From Mytilus trossulus (lineage: Eukaryota): a stretch of DNA of 64,000 bases. The stretch is from the NCBI RefSeq assembly GCF_036588685.1, contig NW_026963333.1, positions 1-64,000 of the forward strand, in the 5' to 3' direction. A program made the translations under genes and the position numbers. The notes beneath the pieces were generated by a model. The model saw only the letters and a list, made by a program, of their open reading frames with translations. It was not told the origin of the DNA and ran no database searches. Positions 27,901 to 39,903 of the stretch are shown piece after piece. Every line of letters starts with the position of its first letter. The first letter of the stretch is position 1.

Positions 27901-28546
27901 AATATAAATCCCCGTTACTTCCGCTTTGTTTTTTTATACTTGTTTTTCTCTGCTTCGTTTCGATTTGTTGAGTTTTGCCATTTTCAATTTATTTATAAAG
28001 TGTGTTGTAATATGACATCACTAGTATACTGTCGAAGGTAATAAAAGAGGGAAGGGCGACCGTTAATAGTTATCAAAGGTACCAGGATTATCATTTTTAC
28101 GCCAGACGCAAGTTTCTTCTTCACAAGACTCACCAGTTTCATGTTTAACCCCACAAAATAATGTATGTGCCGGTCCCAAGCCAAGAGTCAGAAATTAAGA
28201 AGTTGCCGTATGTTGCTGTTTATCATATTGTATTACTTTTTTTCGTTTGAATTGTTTTACATTTGTCATTTCAGGTTTTGCTCAATGTTGTAGGCCATAC
28301 AATGACTTTTATTTGATATCTTTTATGTGACTATATCATTTGGTTTATGGTTGAGATTTGCCTTATTTGTAATTGTAATGCATCTTCTTTTTCATAGCTA
28401 AGTGAAAAGTTTTGTGATATTGTTAGATCAATAAATGTCTTACCCGGAAATATTCTCTTAGATCTATCGTCATGTTTTACATCAGCTGCAAATAAGTTAT
28501 CTGAGAGTACGACTAAACAGATAGTCAGAGCTACCACTAAAACCAT
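24987..28546 (-). CDS. Small secreted precursor, copy 1 (exons 1-2; final exon unresolved)
   Basis: Exon 1 28546-28444 (103 nt, MVLVVALTICLVVLSDNLFAADVKHDDRSKRIFP, donor gtaag); exon 2 25052-24987 (66 nt, GLPSPYPWRQRKVKIHRQPVIT). Exon sizes and phases are conserved with copies 2 and 3. Confidence 0.75.
25645..25760. repeat. 21-bp tandem repeat (~5 units)
   Basis: gtctgaaccatactcagccta repeated; degenerate reverse-complement versions (gagtatggttcagact) are scattered over 27420-27700. Confidence 0.9.
26042..26550. mobile_element. Non-autonomous element with a hairpin end and internal direct repeats
   Basis: 24-bp inverted pair ttcgtaacatagtatgctagtgac (~26043) / gtcactagcacactatgtaacgaa (~26120); ttatcttacc (~26145) / ggtaagataa (~26539); direct repeat cactactaaccgtgtatg.aataagccccgcc at ~26358 and ~26428. 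Confidence 0.55.
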
Positions 28547-31500
28547 TTTGAAAATGATAAATGTTCTTGAAAAATTGTGTATAATATATTAATATTGTTA
28601 AAATGATATTTGTCACTAATAACAGTAAATTCAAAAATTATACAGCACTTACTCTAATAGTTATAAATTTAAAAAATTCTGAAATTAAGTTTGATTTATT
28701 GAACTAAATATAATCCTTTGTAACATTCTAAAAGGGCATACTTATTTTAATATTATACATATATATCACATTATATTTACTTATCGACATTTTGGATGTT
28801 CTTTTGGAATTTCAAATCCCGATAACAAACTGAATTGGGCAGGATACCCCAATTGCATAAGTGTCCATATAAAAAACACTTTATTGTCGGCTTCACGAAC
28901 TTTTTTTCTGTGAAACGAAATCTGACTACAAAGTTCCTGTGAAACATCACTGGTTGTTTGAAGAAGTTTTGGATAATAAAATATTCTTTAAGTACATTAA
29001 ATTTCCATCTTTTTGTGCAATAGTAAAATAAAATATCTCTTTAACCCTTACACTAGTACTTATTTCAAACTTTAACAGAAATCAAATGAATTATTCTATA
29101 AAGTTGTTTGATAAAAGATAATGTTTAAATCAAATTAGAAAAATGACGCTAATCAAACAACAATCAATCAGAAAGATATAAAGTTTTTAAGTAAGGGGTG
29201 ACACTTGCTTCGGAAGAGACATCCTGACGAACACTAAAAGTTCATAAACTGAATTCATTAAAATGTTTGATATTTTTTTATCAACATATTTTTATTTCTT
29301 TAAAAGGATATTTAAGTGCCGAATTTGTGGTGTTAATCTATCTTAATTTATACGATATTCCTGAGTTTGCATTTTATTTCATTGAGGGTTTCATTAAAGG
29401 TATAAATTGAAGGATTTTGATAGATACTGGTAGAAATTTTTGTTACAGTATTGGTTAATATTGTGATGTTTGCTTTTGATTAGTCTTCCCATATTCCAGA
29501 ATAAAGGGATTTGTCTTGTGAGTTTTTTTTTATAAACCCTATGTTTGTCCCTTCAGAGAGTTTTAAAAAGAGAAGGATTGAGATCTTTTATAAATCTCAT
29601 ACAAAGATATTTGTTAAACATTTGTTTGTTTTTATTCTGATCGAGATTGTGACACGACGATGATTGCTGACAATTTTACCTATTATGTCTTTTTTGTTCA
29701 CGCATAATTATTGATATATGGAATTTGATGCGACTGTCATACATATGAGAGGTTTAGCGCTATAAAAATAGGTTCAATCCACCGTTTATACATTTTAAAA
29801 TGCCTGTACCAATTCAGTAATATTACAGTTTTTGTCCATTCGTTTGATGTGTTTTGTCATTTGATTTTGCCATTTGACTTTCCGTTTTGAAATTTCCTCG
29901 GAGTTCATTTTTTGTGATTTTCCCTTTTAATTTTTTCCGACCGATAACATACTTATATTGTATATGTATACACCTCTTTAACTGATAAGCAAACCATAAG
30001 TGGAAGCAGAAAGGATACAACAAGGTTGACCAGTCAATACATAAAGCAATCAACGGAATACCGTATTCTTTGTAAATAACAAACTTTTTTTTATAGTGTT
30101 GATGCCTCGAAAATTTGAAGCTCCATTTTTCTATTTTCTTTTTTAGATTCGTCATGTGTTGCCATATGTTAATAATTGTCCAATTTTTTTTTCTTTACAT
30201 ATTTTTTTGGGTACTCGGATTATTAAAGCGTTTGTACAATAAGTACATGTACAAGTAAAATGTTCCTTGGTTACACAATGATAGGTTTAACTCGGGTGAA
30301 ATTACAACAGAACAGAAGTCCCTCATTTAAATACATACATAACTACGTTATTTTGCAAATTTAAATGCATTGGGGTCTTTGCACGAATTTGAATGGTAAA
30401 AATGTTATGAAATGTAGATGGCCATAGAAAAGGGAGCAGATATTACCAATGATCCCAATAAAACAGTTTTGTGTGATATCAACACTTTCCCAACACTTCT
30501 AACGTTTGTCAAACAAGAAACAAAGACAAAAATTGTTAAAGGAGAAACAAAAACTAATGCATAAAGTTTATGTCACATTAAATATATTATATTTGAGATA
30601 GGACGTTTATCAAATACTTATAAGTCAATTAATACCAACTGGTTAATTACTCATAGTATTGAAGGTTAGCTATTTATGTTTTCATTTTGCATTAGTTGGT
30701 CTCTGGAGGTTGGATAATTACTGACAACCATACAAAATCTACCCATTTCAATACATAAAATAATCAAGATTGTGCATGTATAGAGCGAGACACTCACCCG
30801 GTCGATCTGCCCTGCTTTGGAGTTCATTTTTCTCAGATTATGTTTGTTACCTTTATTTATATAGTCTCTATTTTAAAAATTGAACACCACTTTACTACCA
30901 AAGGTTTAATTTATTTGGCGCTAGTTATAAAGAAAGCACATTGTTCATTCTATATATGCAGTTATTAAAGACTAAAAAAATGAAAAACGCTAGATATAAT
31001 TTTTATTCTTAGGGCAAATATTTATATTAGTTAAATATAATGCGACAGAATATGCTTCAATCCTTATCTGACAATGAACATTTTGAATTCATATTTCAGT
31101 GTATAAAGTGTACTAGCTTCATTTTTTGGTATTTTTTCTATCGAACTGATTTTTAAAATTAATTGTAAGAAATAATAGGGTTGTCTGGGAGGGTAATCAA
31201 TTACGAATACATAGAATAAACGTGATAACAATAGGCAAATATGAATGTAGAAAGAACCAATTATAATGAGAGAAGTAAATGCTAGATCCTTTTCGACCGT
31301 TAATATTTTATTTACATACCAGTACAATTTTGTTCGTAAGACTGATCACCACAACCACAGTCACCGTATCCATCACATCTCCAATTAATTGCTATACATT
31401 TTCCAGTTTTCATACATTTTAATGTGTCGGTTGTGGATCAGTTAATATCTGAAAATGTAATTTCTTATTTCGTATTGTTTCTGGTCTGATGTTAATGACT

Positions 31501-33099
31501 AAAATCGTTGAAACGGGAGTAGAAGATTAAAGACCAGAAAGTCTTTTTCATTCTAAAAGTGTTTTTCTTATTAAAATTTTGTTTCAAAGTATTCCTGATT
31601 TTGGGAACAAAATATAATAAAAGAAATATGGGCCGTTACCTCGTTTTGTCGCTTTTGTAACTTCAATATTTCATGTTTTTCGCCTGATTGACGATTATTT
31701 TGTTATATCAAATAACGGTTATTTAGATAATTTCAAAGTCAGATTCAAATGTTTTTTTCTGACATAAAAAAAATATTCAAAATTATTTAATAATGACTCT
31801 ACAACATATTTTCTAATTTGGTTAATTTTGTGAATTGAGTTTCATCCTTTCTCGCCGAAAAATAATGCCAGAGTGAACTATTTTCATTGTTAAAAATATC
31901 TGCCAGTGATTTCTTTTAAACAGAATTACAAGTCAGAGGGGAATTTGCACACATTGAAATAAGACAAAAAAGTATACATCACCGACCTTTTAAAAGAATA
32001 CATTTACCAGTTATTTTAGGTGTATATTACTGTTAGTTTTTAAAAAATCCTTAGAACAATGGCTCTGACGTCAAAGTTATAAATTTTGATATTTAAAAGA
32101 GTTTCATAAATATCACATATAGGAAATTTGACACATAAAACAACTTGTTTTCAATAACAAAAAACACCCATTATCTGGACACTTAGTGAAGAAAAAGGGG
32201 AGTGTACATGTATCTTTGAATACATATTGCTTTTTCTGTAAATGAAGCTTGTACTGTTGTAACGTGTACATTTAACTTCGAACTTCAAATCGCTTGCAGT
32301 TATGTCCTTACAAAATCATAATTAGGAAAAGGAATATTGTGTAACCAGAACATAAAGTTTTAAAGAACTTGTTGTGGTAGACATGAGTTTACTCTTCGAA
32401 TGTTATAACATAAAAAGTGATAAGAAACTATGAAGCAGGTGACTTCTGACTTCTCACAAGTGCCCTTTTTCGTGACATTACGGTAGATTTTAGAAAGCGA
32501 CGAATTTTTCAACCCCGAGAAGAAAAATATGACCATTTTGAATGATCTGATGACCACATCAGTTACTTATATAAAGATTCAAGGATCAACAATCTATTTA
32601 CGGAAGGCACTCACCACAGAAATTTGTGGGTAGTGGTGTTAAACAAAAGCTGTACTTGTTTGAAATAACCCTTCCCTGGACAGAAACTGTCATTTCCTCG
32701 TGCTCATTAACAATTCCATATATCGGCAACCCGTCATGGCCCTAGGACGATAGATGTATCTGTCTAAGTCGGACTTCTTATTACTGTAATTTTAAAGAGG
32801 CGATACAAAGACACTACGGTTCATTCAGGTTGATCTGAACAGCAGAATCGTCAAGACTACGAACTGATGTCAAACCGGCAATGTTGTCGACACCTCTGAA
32901 GAAATGGAGGGGAGGGCGACGAATGTTCCGACACTGAAAGTATAACCTCAGATATAATATATGTAGATGACAAGGGGGATATAATAGTTTGTCTGTTTGT
33001 CTTTTTATTTTTAGCCATGGAGTTGTCAGTTTATTTTCAATCTATGAGTATGACTATCCCTCTGGTATCTTTCATCCCTCGTTTGTCGATATTGCGCAC

Positions 33100-33600
33100 T
33101 GGTCTTTGCACATCATCGAGGTTGAAAGGACTATAATTGCCAAACAAAATCGATTTGCTTACCAATTTATGGTAAGGCACTAGAGGGAATTTTGATGAGA
33201 ACACCGGCCACCGTTGTCTGTGCGGTTCACTTACCATCCTATGTGAGTGACAGACCTAACACTTTTGTAGTCAAAACAGATAAATGTAACCAGGAAAGAA
33301 CTCATTGGGTGTTCTTTCATTTTCCTATCTCAAAACAGCCTGAGTTTTATACTCCCAAGGAGGAACACCATAGACATACCAGCAACATTTTAGAAATGTT
33401 CTCATCGTAAATCGACCCCTGTACTGTTTTTCTCGCTGTCCATTTCAACCCAACTTTTCGGAAATATGTGGATTGTACTGCGCCTATTACGTGAAAATGA
33501 GATGTCAGAGTATCAGGATGACAGATGTACTGAATGACGTTTCATCGGATGGCCTCGATGTTAACAACAGAAAACTCATTTCGTTATTTTCATTGAGATA
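33100..33600 (+). pseudogene. Decayed adenain-like cysteine protease of Polinton/Maverick (adintovirus) type
   Basis: Frameshifted pieces: VVCAVHLPSYVSDRPNTFVVKTDKCNQERTHWVFFHFP....EFY, then RNVLIVNRPLYCFSRCPFQPNFSEICGLYCAYYVKMRC...MTDVLNDVSSD.LDVNNRKL. These recall the NTD..HW / Q...S..CG.YC catalytic motifs. Confidence 0.7.
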
Positions 33601-34024
33601 TTTTGGTAAACAATCTATCAGCATTCGTGTAATATAGATCAAAATAAAACTTTTGCTTATATCATGTTTTTTTTTTCATTTACTAGTATGTCGTGTATGA
33701 ACAAAAACAAAAACAACTGTGATTCAGACAAAAATTCTCATAGATCAAGTGACACCGGTGTCTGGAGTGTCACCAATGGTAGTTTACCAATCAATATTAA
33801 AATCAGAGAACGAATTAACATTGAATATAGAGACATGCAAAACATTTATTATCACCGTTGGTTTTTCTTTTTTGTCAGTCAGTGAAATAAGTGTTTTGTG
33901 GATTTTTATTGACAAAATTACGATTGAAATGAGGTTTGGTATTTTGTTTAATGAAAAATATACAGGTCATGATATTGGAATGTGAGTTTTGAGTCTCATG
34001 ATGAATAGCAAGTCAGTTGGTCTG

Positions 34025-36471
34025 TTATATAGATAAAGGGGGAGATGCTGCTGCTGCTGTTATTGCTGCTTGTGCGACTGTNNNNNNNNNNNNNNNNNNN
34101 NNNNNNNNNNNNNNNNNNNNNNNNNNNNNNNNNNNNNNNNNNNNNNNNNNNNNNNNNNNNNNNNNNNNNNNNNNNNNNNNNNNNNNNNNNNNNNNNNNNN
34201 NNNNNNNNNNNNNNNNNNNNNNNNNNNNNNNNNNNNNTTAATATGTCTTCCAAGAGCATGTGTATACAGTCTCCTCTTATTGGTTTGGGTTTCCGCTAAG
34301 GATCCTACATCTAACAAACATATAATAAACACCCAGTGTTTTTAAACAGTAAGTGTGTAAATAGTTTCAAAGGAATTTTGTGATTTTATCAACTTCAATG
34401 ATACATAGCAATGATAGAGTTGATTAACAAAGCGTTGACACTTTTATGATAAGCAGAATTCAATATTTCAAATATCTTTATGTATTGTTAAAGAGACCTT
34501 ATGAAATGACCATACAAAAGATATGTTATTCATTTGTATAATGTAAAAGGTGACCAATAAAAACAGGTTATTCCAATAAACATACAGTGTTGTGGCACAA
34601 CTTTATATTGAAAGTAAAGATGACCAGTTAAGAAAAGTATGGGCAGCTTAATAGCTTGATGATATCGTTATATTTTCAATGAATATAACTTTTTTTTTAT
34701 AATCGGAAAACTCAATTATACCGTCCACAAATAGTTTTCAAAGGTACCAGGATTATAATTTAGTACGCCAGATGCGCGTTTCGTCACATAAGACTTATCA
34801 GTGACGCTCATAACAAAATATTTATAAAGCCAAAGAAGTACAAAGTTGTAGAGCATTGAGGATCCAAAATTCAAAAAAAGTTGTTCCAGATAAGCCTAAG
34901 GTAATCTTTGCCTGGGATAAGAAAATCCTTAGTTTTTCGAAAATTTTTGTAAACAGGAAATTTATAAAAATGACCACATTATTGATATTCATGTCAACAC
35001 CGAAGTGTTGACTACTGGGTTGGTGATACCCTCAGGGACGAAACGTCCACCAGCAGTGGCATCGACCCACCAGTAGTTTAAATAGTTATCAAAGGTACCA
35101 GGATTATAATTTAGTACGCCAGACGCGCGTTTCGTCTACATAAGACTCATCAGTGACGATCATATCAAAATATTTATAAAGCCAGACGGTAAAGAAGTTG
35201 TAGAGCATTGAGGATCCAAAATTTACAAAAGTTGTGCCAAATATGCATAAGATAATCTACACTGTATGCCTGGGATAAGAAAATCCTTAGTTTTTTGAAA
35301 ATTCAAAGTTTTGTTAACAGGAAATTTATTAAAATACCACATTATCGATATTCAGGTCAACAGCGTAGTGTTGACTACTGGGCTGTTGATACCCTGGGGT
35401 ACGAGACGTCCACCAGCAGTATTGATATAATTGTTTTTTTTTCGATTTTATTTTGTAACAAAATAATGCAATAGCTTTTAATCTATTTAATCCAAAATGG
35501 ATAAAGGTTTGCATTTAAAATCTTATTCAAATTATGAAAGTTAATAAAAAAAAAAGGAATGGTTCATTTGAAATGACAAAGAGCTTAATCCTACACATAT
35601 TTATTTAACAGCCATTTTCATTCATTAAAAAGTTATCAAAGGTAAGATTAACATTTAAGATTAAATTTCTTAGTCTAAATTTTAAATATCAAAACGAATT
35701 ATTTGGTTAGCCATTAGATTGATTGATAACTATACCTTGATATAACTTAAAATTAGTTAGTTTTAACAGGATATGTATGCCCTTTTAATCATTAAATTAA
35801 GAATTAAAATAAAACATTTACTGCAAAACAACACAGATACAAATAAATGGTCTCATAATTATGTATTTCATTCGACAGTTATGTAAGCATATAATCTTAC
35901 TTGCAATACTGGGCTCTCTGTTTACATGTTGTCTCCATGCATATGGTGAAGGCATACCTAAATTGAACAAACATTATATGAGTGATACCAATGAATTTCA
36001 TTGTATTCTATACATTTTTTTTATTACCTTTCGTCTATTAAACCATATTAACTAGTACAACAGTTAAAGGTATACAAATTCCTCTGTAAACAACACTGAT
36101 TCTGGCATCAAACCTTTTCATAAACTCTTCTAAAGATACAAAGATCTGATTTGTATGCATTTAATCAGGCTATTAATTTTCTCGTTTGAATTGTTTTATA
36201 TTTGTCATTTCCGTTTTTTCAATGATAAAGACCGTACGATAACTTTTAGTTGTTTAACTCTTTGTGACTATTTCATTTGGTTTCTTGTGGAGAGTAGTCC
36301 TATCTGCAGTTTTTTTTCATAGCCAAGTGGAAAGTTTTGTGATATTGTTATATCAATAAATGTCTAACCCGAAAAAGATCTCTCATCTCTATCGTCATGT
36401 TTAACATCAGCTGCAAATAAAGTATCTGAGAGTAGGATTATACAGATAGTCACAGCTACCACTGAAACCAT
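34025..36471 (-). CDS. Small secreted precursor, copy 2 (3 exons; low-complexity C-terminus hidden by N run 34082-34237)
   Basis: Exon 1 36471-36369 (MVSVVAVTICIILLSDTLFAADVKHDDRDERSFS); exon 2 35957-35901 (GMPSPYAWRQHVNREPSIA); exon 3 from 34310 or 34304 (..SLAETQTNKRRLYTHALGRHI-gap). The stop depends on frame: 34060-34062 (Gln frame), 34025-34027 (Ala/Thr frame) or 33996-33998 (Ser frame). Confidence 0.75.
34738..35425. repeat. Dispersed repeat family D, two tandem ~350-bp units inside intron 2 of copy 2
   Basis: aaaggtaccaggattataatttagtacgccagacgcgcgtttcgtctacataagactcatcagtgacg occurs at 34740 and 35091; other copies at ~28070, ~36860, ~42515, and inverted at ~44100-44260, ~45880, ~48160, ~48640-48900 and ~49300-49740. 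Confidence 0.85.
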
Positions 36472-38974
36472 TTTGAAAATGACAATTTTACTTGGTAAAT
36501 TGTGTTTTATATATTTATGTTAAAATATTCGTCCCTATAAATGACAGTAAATTACCATATTATCAAGCTGTTACTATAAAAATTAGAAATGCAAAACAAT
36601 GTTTCCATTAGGTTTGAAATATTCATCATTTAAACTAGATACCTGTACTACGCAGCAAACATTTTAATAGGGCATTCTTATTTTTAATATATAACTGCAT
36701 GGAATGAGATATTAAAAATTCGTTTGAATACCCAAAATGCTTCCTTGATCCCATGGGATCTACTTACCGACAGTTTGACTGTTCCTTTGATATTTCAAGT
36801 AACGATAACAAACTGGACAATCTTTTCTCTCGACTATATACCACAATTGCGTAAATAGTTATCGAAGGTACCAGGCTTATAAATTGATACGCCAGACGCG
36901 CGTTTAGTCTACATAAGACTCATCTGCGACGTGTATACAGTATAGAGTTGAAGAGCATTGAGGACCCAAATTTCATAAAAGTTGTTTCAAATTAAGAGGG
37001 ACGAAAGATACCAGAGGGAGAGTAAACCTCATAGATAGAAATAAAATTGACAACGCCATGGCTAAAAATAAAAAGACAAATAGACAAATAATAGTACAGA
37101 AGACACAACATAGTAAACTAAAGACTAAGCAACACTAACCCCACCAAAAACTTGGGGTGATCTCAGGTGCACCGGAAGGGTAAGTAGATCCTGCTCCACA
37201 TGTGGCAGCCGTCGTGTTGCTTATGTTATTACAAATACAAACAAATTAAAATAAGTGTCTTTATAATTAAACAACACTATATTGGTAGGCATATGAGATG
37301 CTTTACGGAAATATTATTTCCAATATCTGAAAATGTATTTTCTTATTTCGTATTGTTTCTCGTCTGATGTTAATGACTGAAATAGTTGAAACGGGAGTAG
37401 AAGATTAAAGACCAGAAAGCCTTTTTCATTCTAAAAGTGTTTTTCTTATTAAAATTTTGTTTCAAAGTATTCCTGATTTTGGGAACAAAATATGATAAAA
37501 TAAATTATGGGCCGTTACCACGTTTTGTCTCTTTTGTAACTTCAATATTTCATGTTTTTCGCCTGATTGACGATTATTTTGTTATATCAAAAAACGATTA
37601 TTTAGATAATTTCAAAGTCAGAACCAAATGTTTTTTCTGACACCAAAAAAAATATTCAAAATTATTTAATAATGACTCTACAACATATTTTCTAATTTGG
37701 TTAATTTTGTGAATTGAGTTTCATCCTTTCTCGCCGAAAAAAAAAATGCCAGAGTGAACTATTTTAATTGTTAAAAATATCTGCCAGTGATTTCTTTTAA
37801 ACAGAATTGCAAGTCAGAGTGAAATTTGCACACATTGAAATAAGACAAAAAAGTATACATCACCGACCTTTTAAAAAAATACCAGTTATTTAAGGTGTAT
37901 ATTACTGTTAGTTTTTAAAAAATCCTTAGAACAATGGCTCTGACGTCATAGTGATAAATTTTAATATCTAAAAGAGTGTCATAAATATCACATATAGGAA
38001 ATTTGACACATAAAACAACTTGTTTTCAATAACAAAAAACACCCATTATCTGGAATCTTAGTGAAGAAAAAAGGGGAGTGTACATGTATCTTTGAATACA
38101 TATTGCTTTTTCTGTAAATGAAGCTTGTACTGTTGTAACGTGTACATTTAACTTCGAACTTCAAATCGCTTGCAGTTATGTCCTTACAAAATCATAATTA
38201 GGAAAAGGAATATTGTGTAACCAGAACATAAAGTTTTAAAGAACTTGTTGTGGTAGACATGAGTTTACTCTTCGAATGTTATAACATAAAAAGTGATAAG
38301 AAACTATGAAGCAGGTGACTTCTGACTTCTCACAAGTGCCCTTTTTCGTGACATTACGGTAGATTTTAGAAAGCGACGAATTTTTCAACCCCGAGAAGAA
38401 AAATATGACCATTTTGAATGATCTGATGACCACATCAGTTACTTATATAAAGATTCAAGGATCAACAATCTATTTACGGAAGGCACTCACCACAGAAATT
38501 TGTGGGTAGTGGTGTTAAACAAAAGCTGTACTTGTTTGAAATAACCCTTCCCTGGACAGAAACTGTCATTTCCTCGTGCTCATTAACAATTCCATATATC
38601 GACAACCCGTCATGGCCCTAGGACGATAGATGTATCTGTCTAAGTCGGACTTCTTATTACTGTAATTTTAAAGAGGCGATACAAAGACACTACGGTTCAT
38701 TCAGGTTGATCTGAACAGCAGAATCGTCAAGACTACGAACTGATGTCAAACCGGCAATGTTGTCGACACCTCTGAAGAAATGGAGGGGAGGGCGACGAAT
38801 GTTCCGACACTGAAAGTATAACCTCAGATATAATATATGTAGATGACAAGGGGGATATAATAGTTTGTCTGTTTGTCTTTTTATTTTTAGCCATGGAGTT
38901 GTCAGTTTATTTTCAATCTATGAGTATGACTATCCCTCTGGTATCTTTCATCCCTCGTTTGTCGATATTGCGCA

Positions 38975-39475
38975 CTGGTCTTTGCACATCATCGAGGTTG
39001 AGAGGACTATAATTGCCAAAAAAAAATCGATTTGCTTACCAATTTATGGTAAGGCACTAGAGGGAATTTTGATGAGAACATCGGCCACCGTTGTCTGTGC
39101 GGATCACTTACCATCCTATGTGAGTGACAGACCTAACACTTTTGTAGTCAAAACAGACAAATGTAACCAGGAAAGAACTCATTGGGTGTTCTTTCGTTTT
39201 CCTATCTCAAAACAGCATGAGTTTTATACTCCCAAGTAAGGAACACCATAGACATACCAGCAACATTTTAGAAATGTTCTCGTCGTAAATCGACCTCTGT
39301 ACTGTTTTTCACGCTGTCCATTTCAACCCAACTTTTCGGAAATATGTGGATTGTACTGCGCCTATTACGTGAAAATGAGATGTCAGAGTATCAGGATGAC
39401 AGATGTACTGAATGACTTTTCATCGGATGGCCTCGATGTTAACGACAGAAAACTCATTGCGTTATTTTCATTGTG
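38975..39475 (+). pseudogene. Second copy of the decayed Polinton-type protease
   Basis: Duplicate of 33100-33600 (ADHLPSYV...THWVFF...CGLYCAYY...NDFSSDGLDVNDRKL). Confidence 0.7.
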
Positions 39476-39903
39476 ATATTTTGGTAAACAATCGATCAGC
39501 ATTCGTGTAATATAGATCAAAATAAAACTTTTGCTTATATCATGTTTTTTTTTCATTTACTAGTATGTCATGTATGTAAACAAAAACAAAAACAACTGTG
39601 ATTCAGACAAAAATTCTCATAGATCAAGTGACACCGGTGTCGGGAGTGTCACCAATGGTAGTTTACCAATCGATATTAAAATCAGAGAACGAATTAACAT
39701 TGAATATAGAGACATGCAAAACATTTATTGTCACCGTTGGTTTTTCTTTTTTGTTATTCAGTGAACTAAGTGTTTTGTGGATTTTTATTGACAAAATTAC
39801 GATTGAAATGAGGTTTGGTATTTTGTTTAATGAAAAATATACAGGTCATGATATTGGAATATGAGTTTTGAGTCTCATGTTGAATAGCAAGTCAGTTGGT
39901 CTG

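Noticed and set aside
28331-28546. Naming the peptide family after a known mussel AMP (myticalin, mytilin, myticin)
   Set aside because: No Cys array in the mature region and no sequence I can actually match from memory; a database search is needed.
33996-34345. Plus-strand poly-Leu/Ala ORFs across the N runs (also 39896-40228)
   Set aside because: They stay open only because of Ns and are antisense to the spliced precursor gene.
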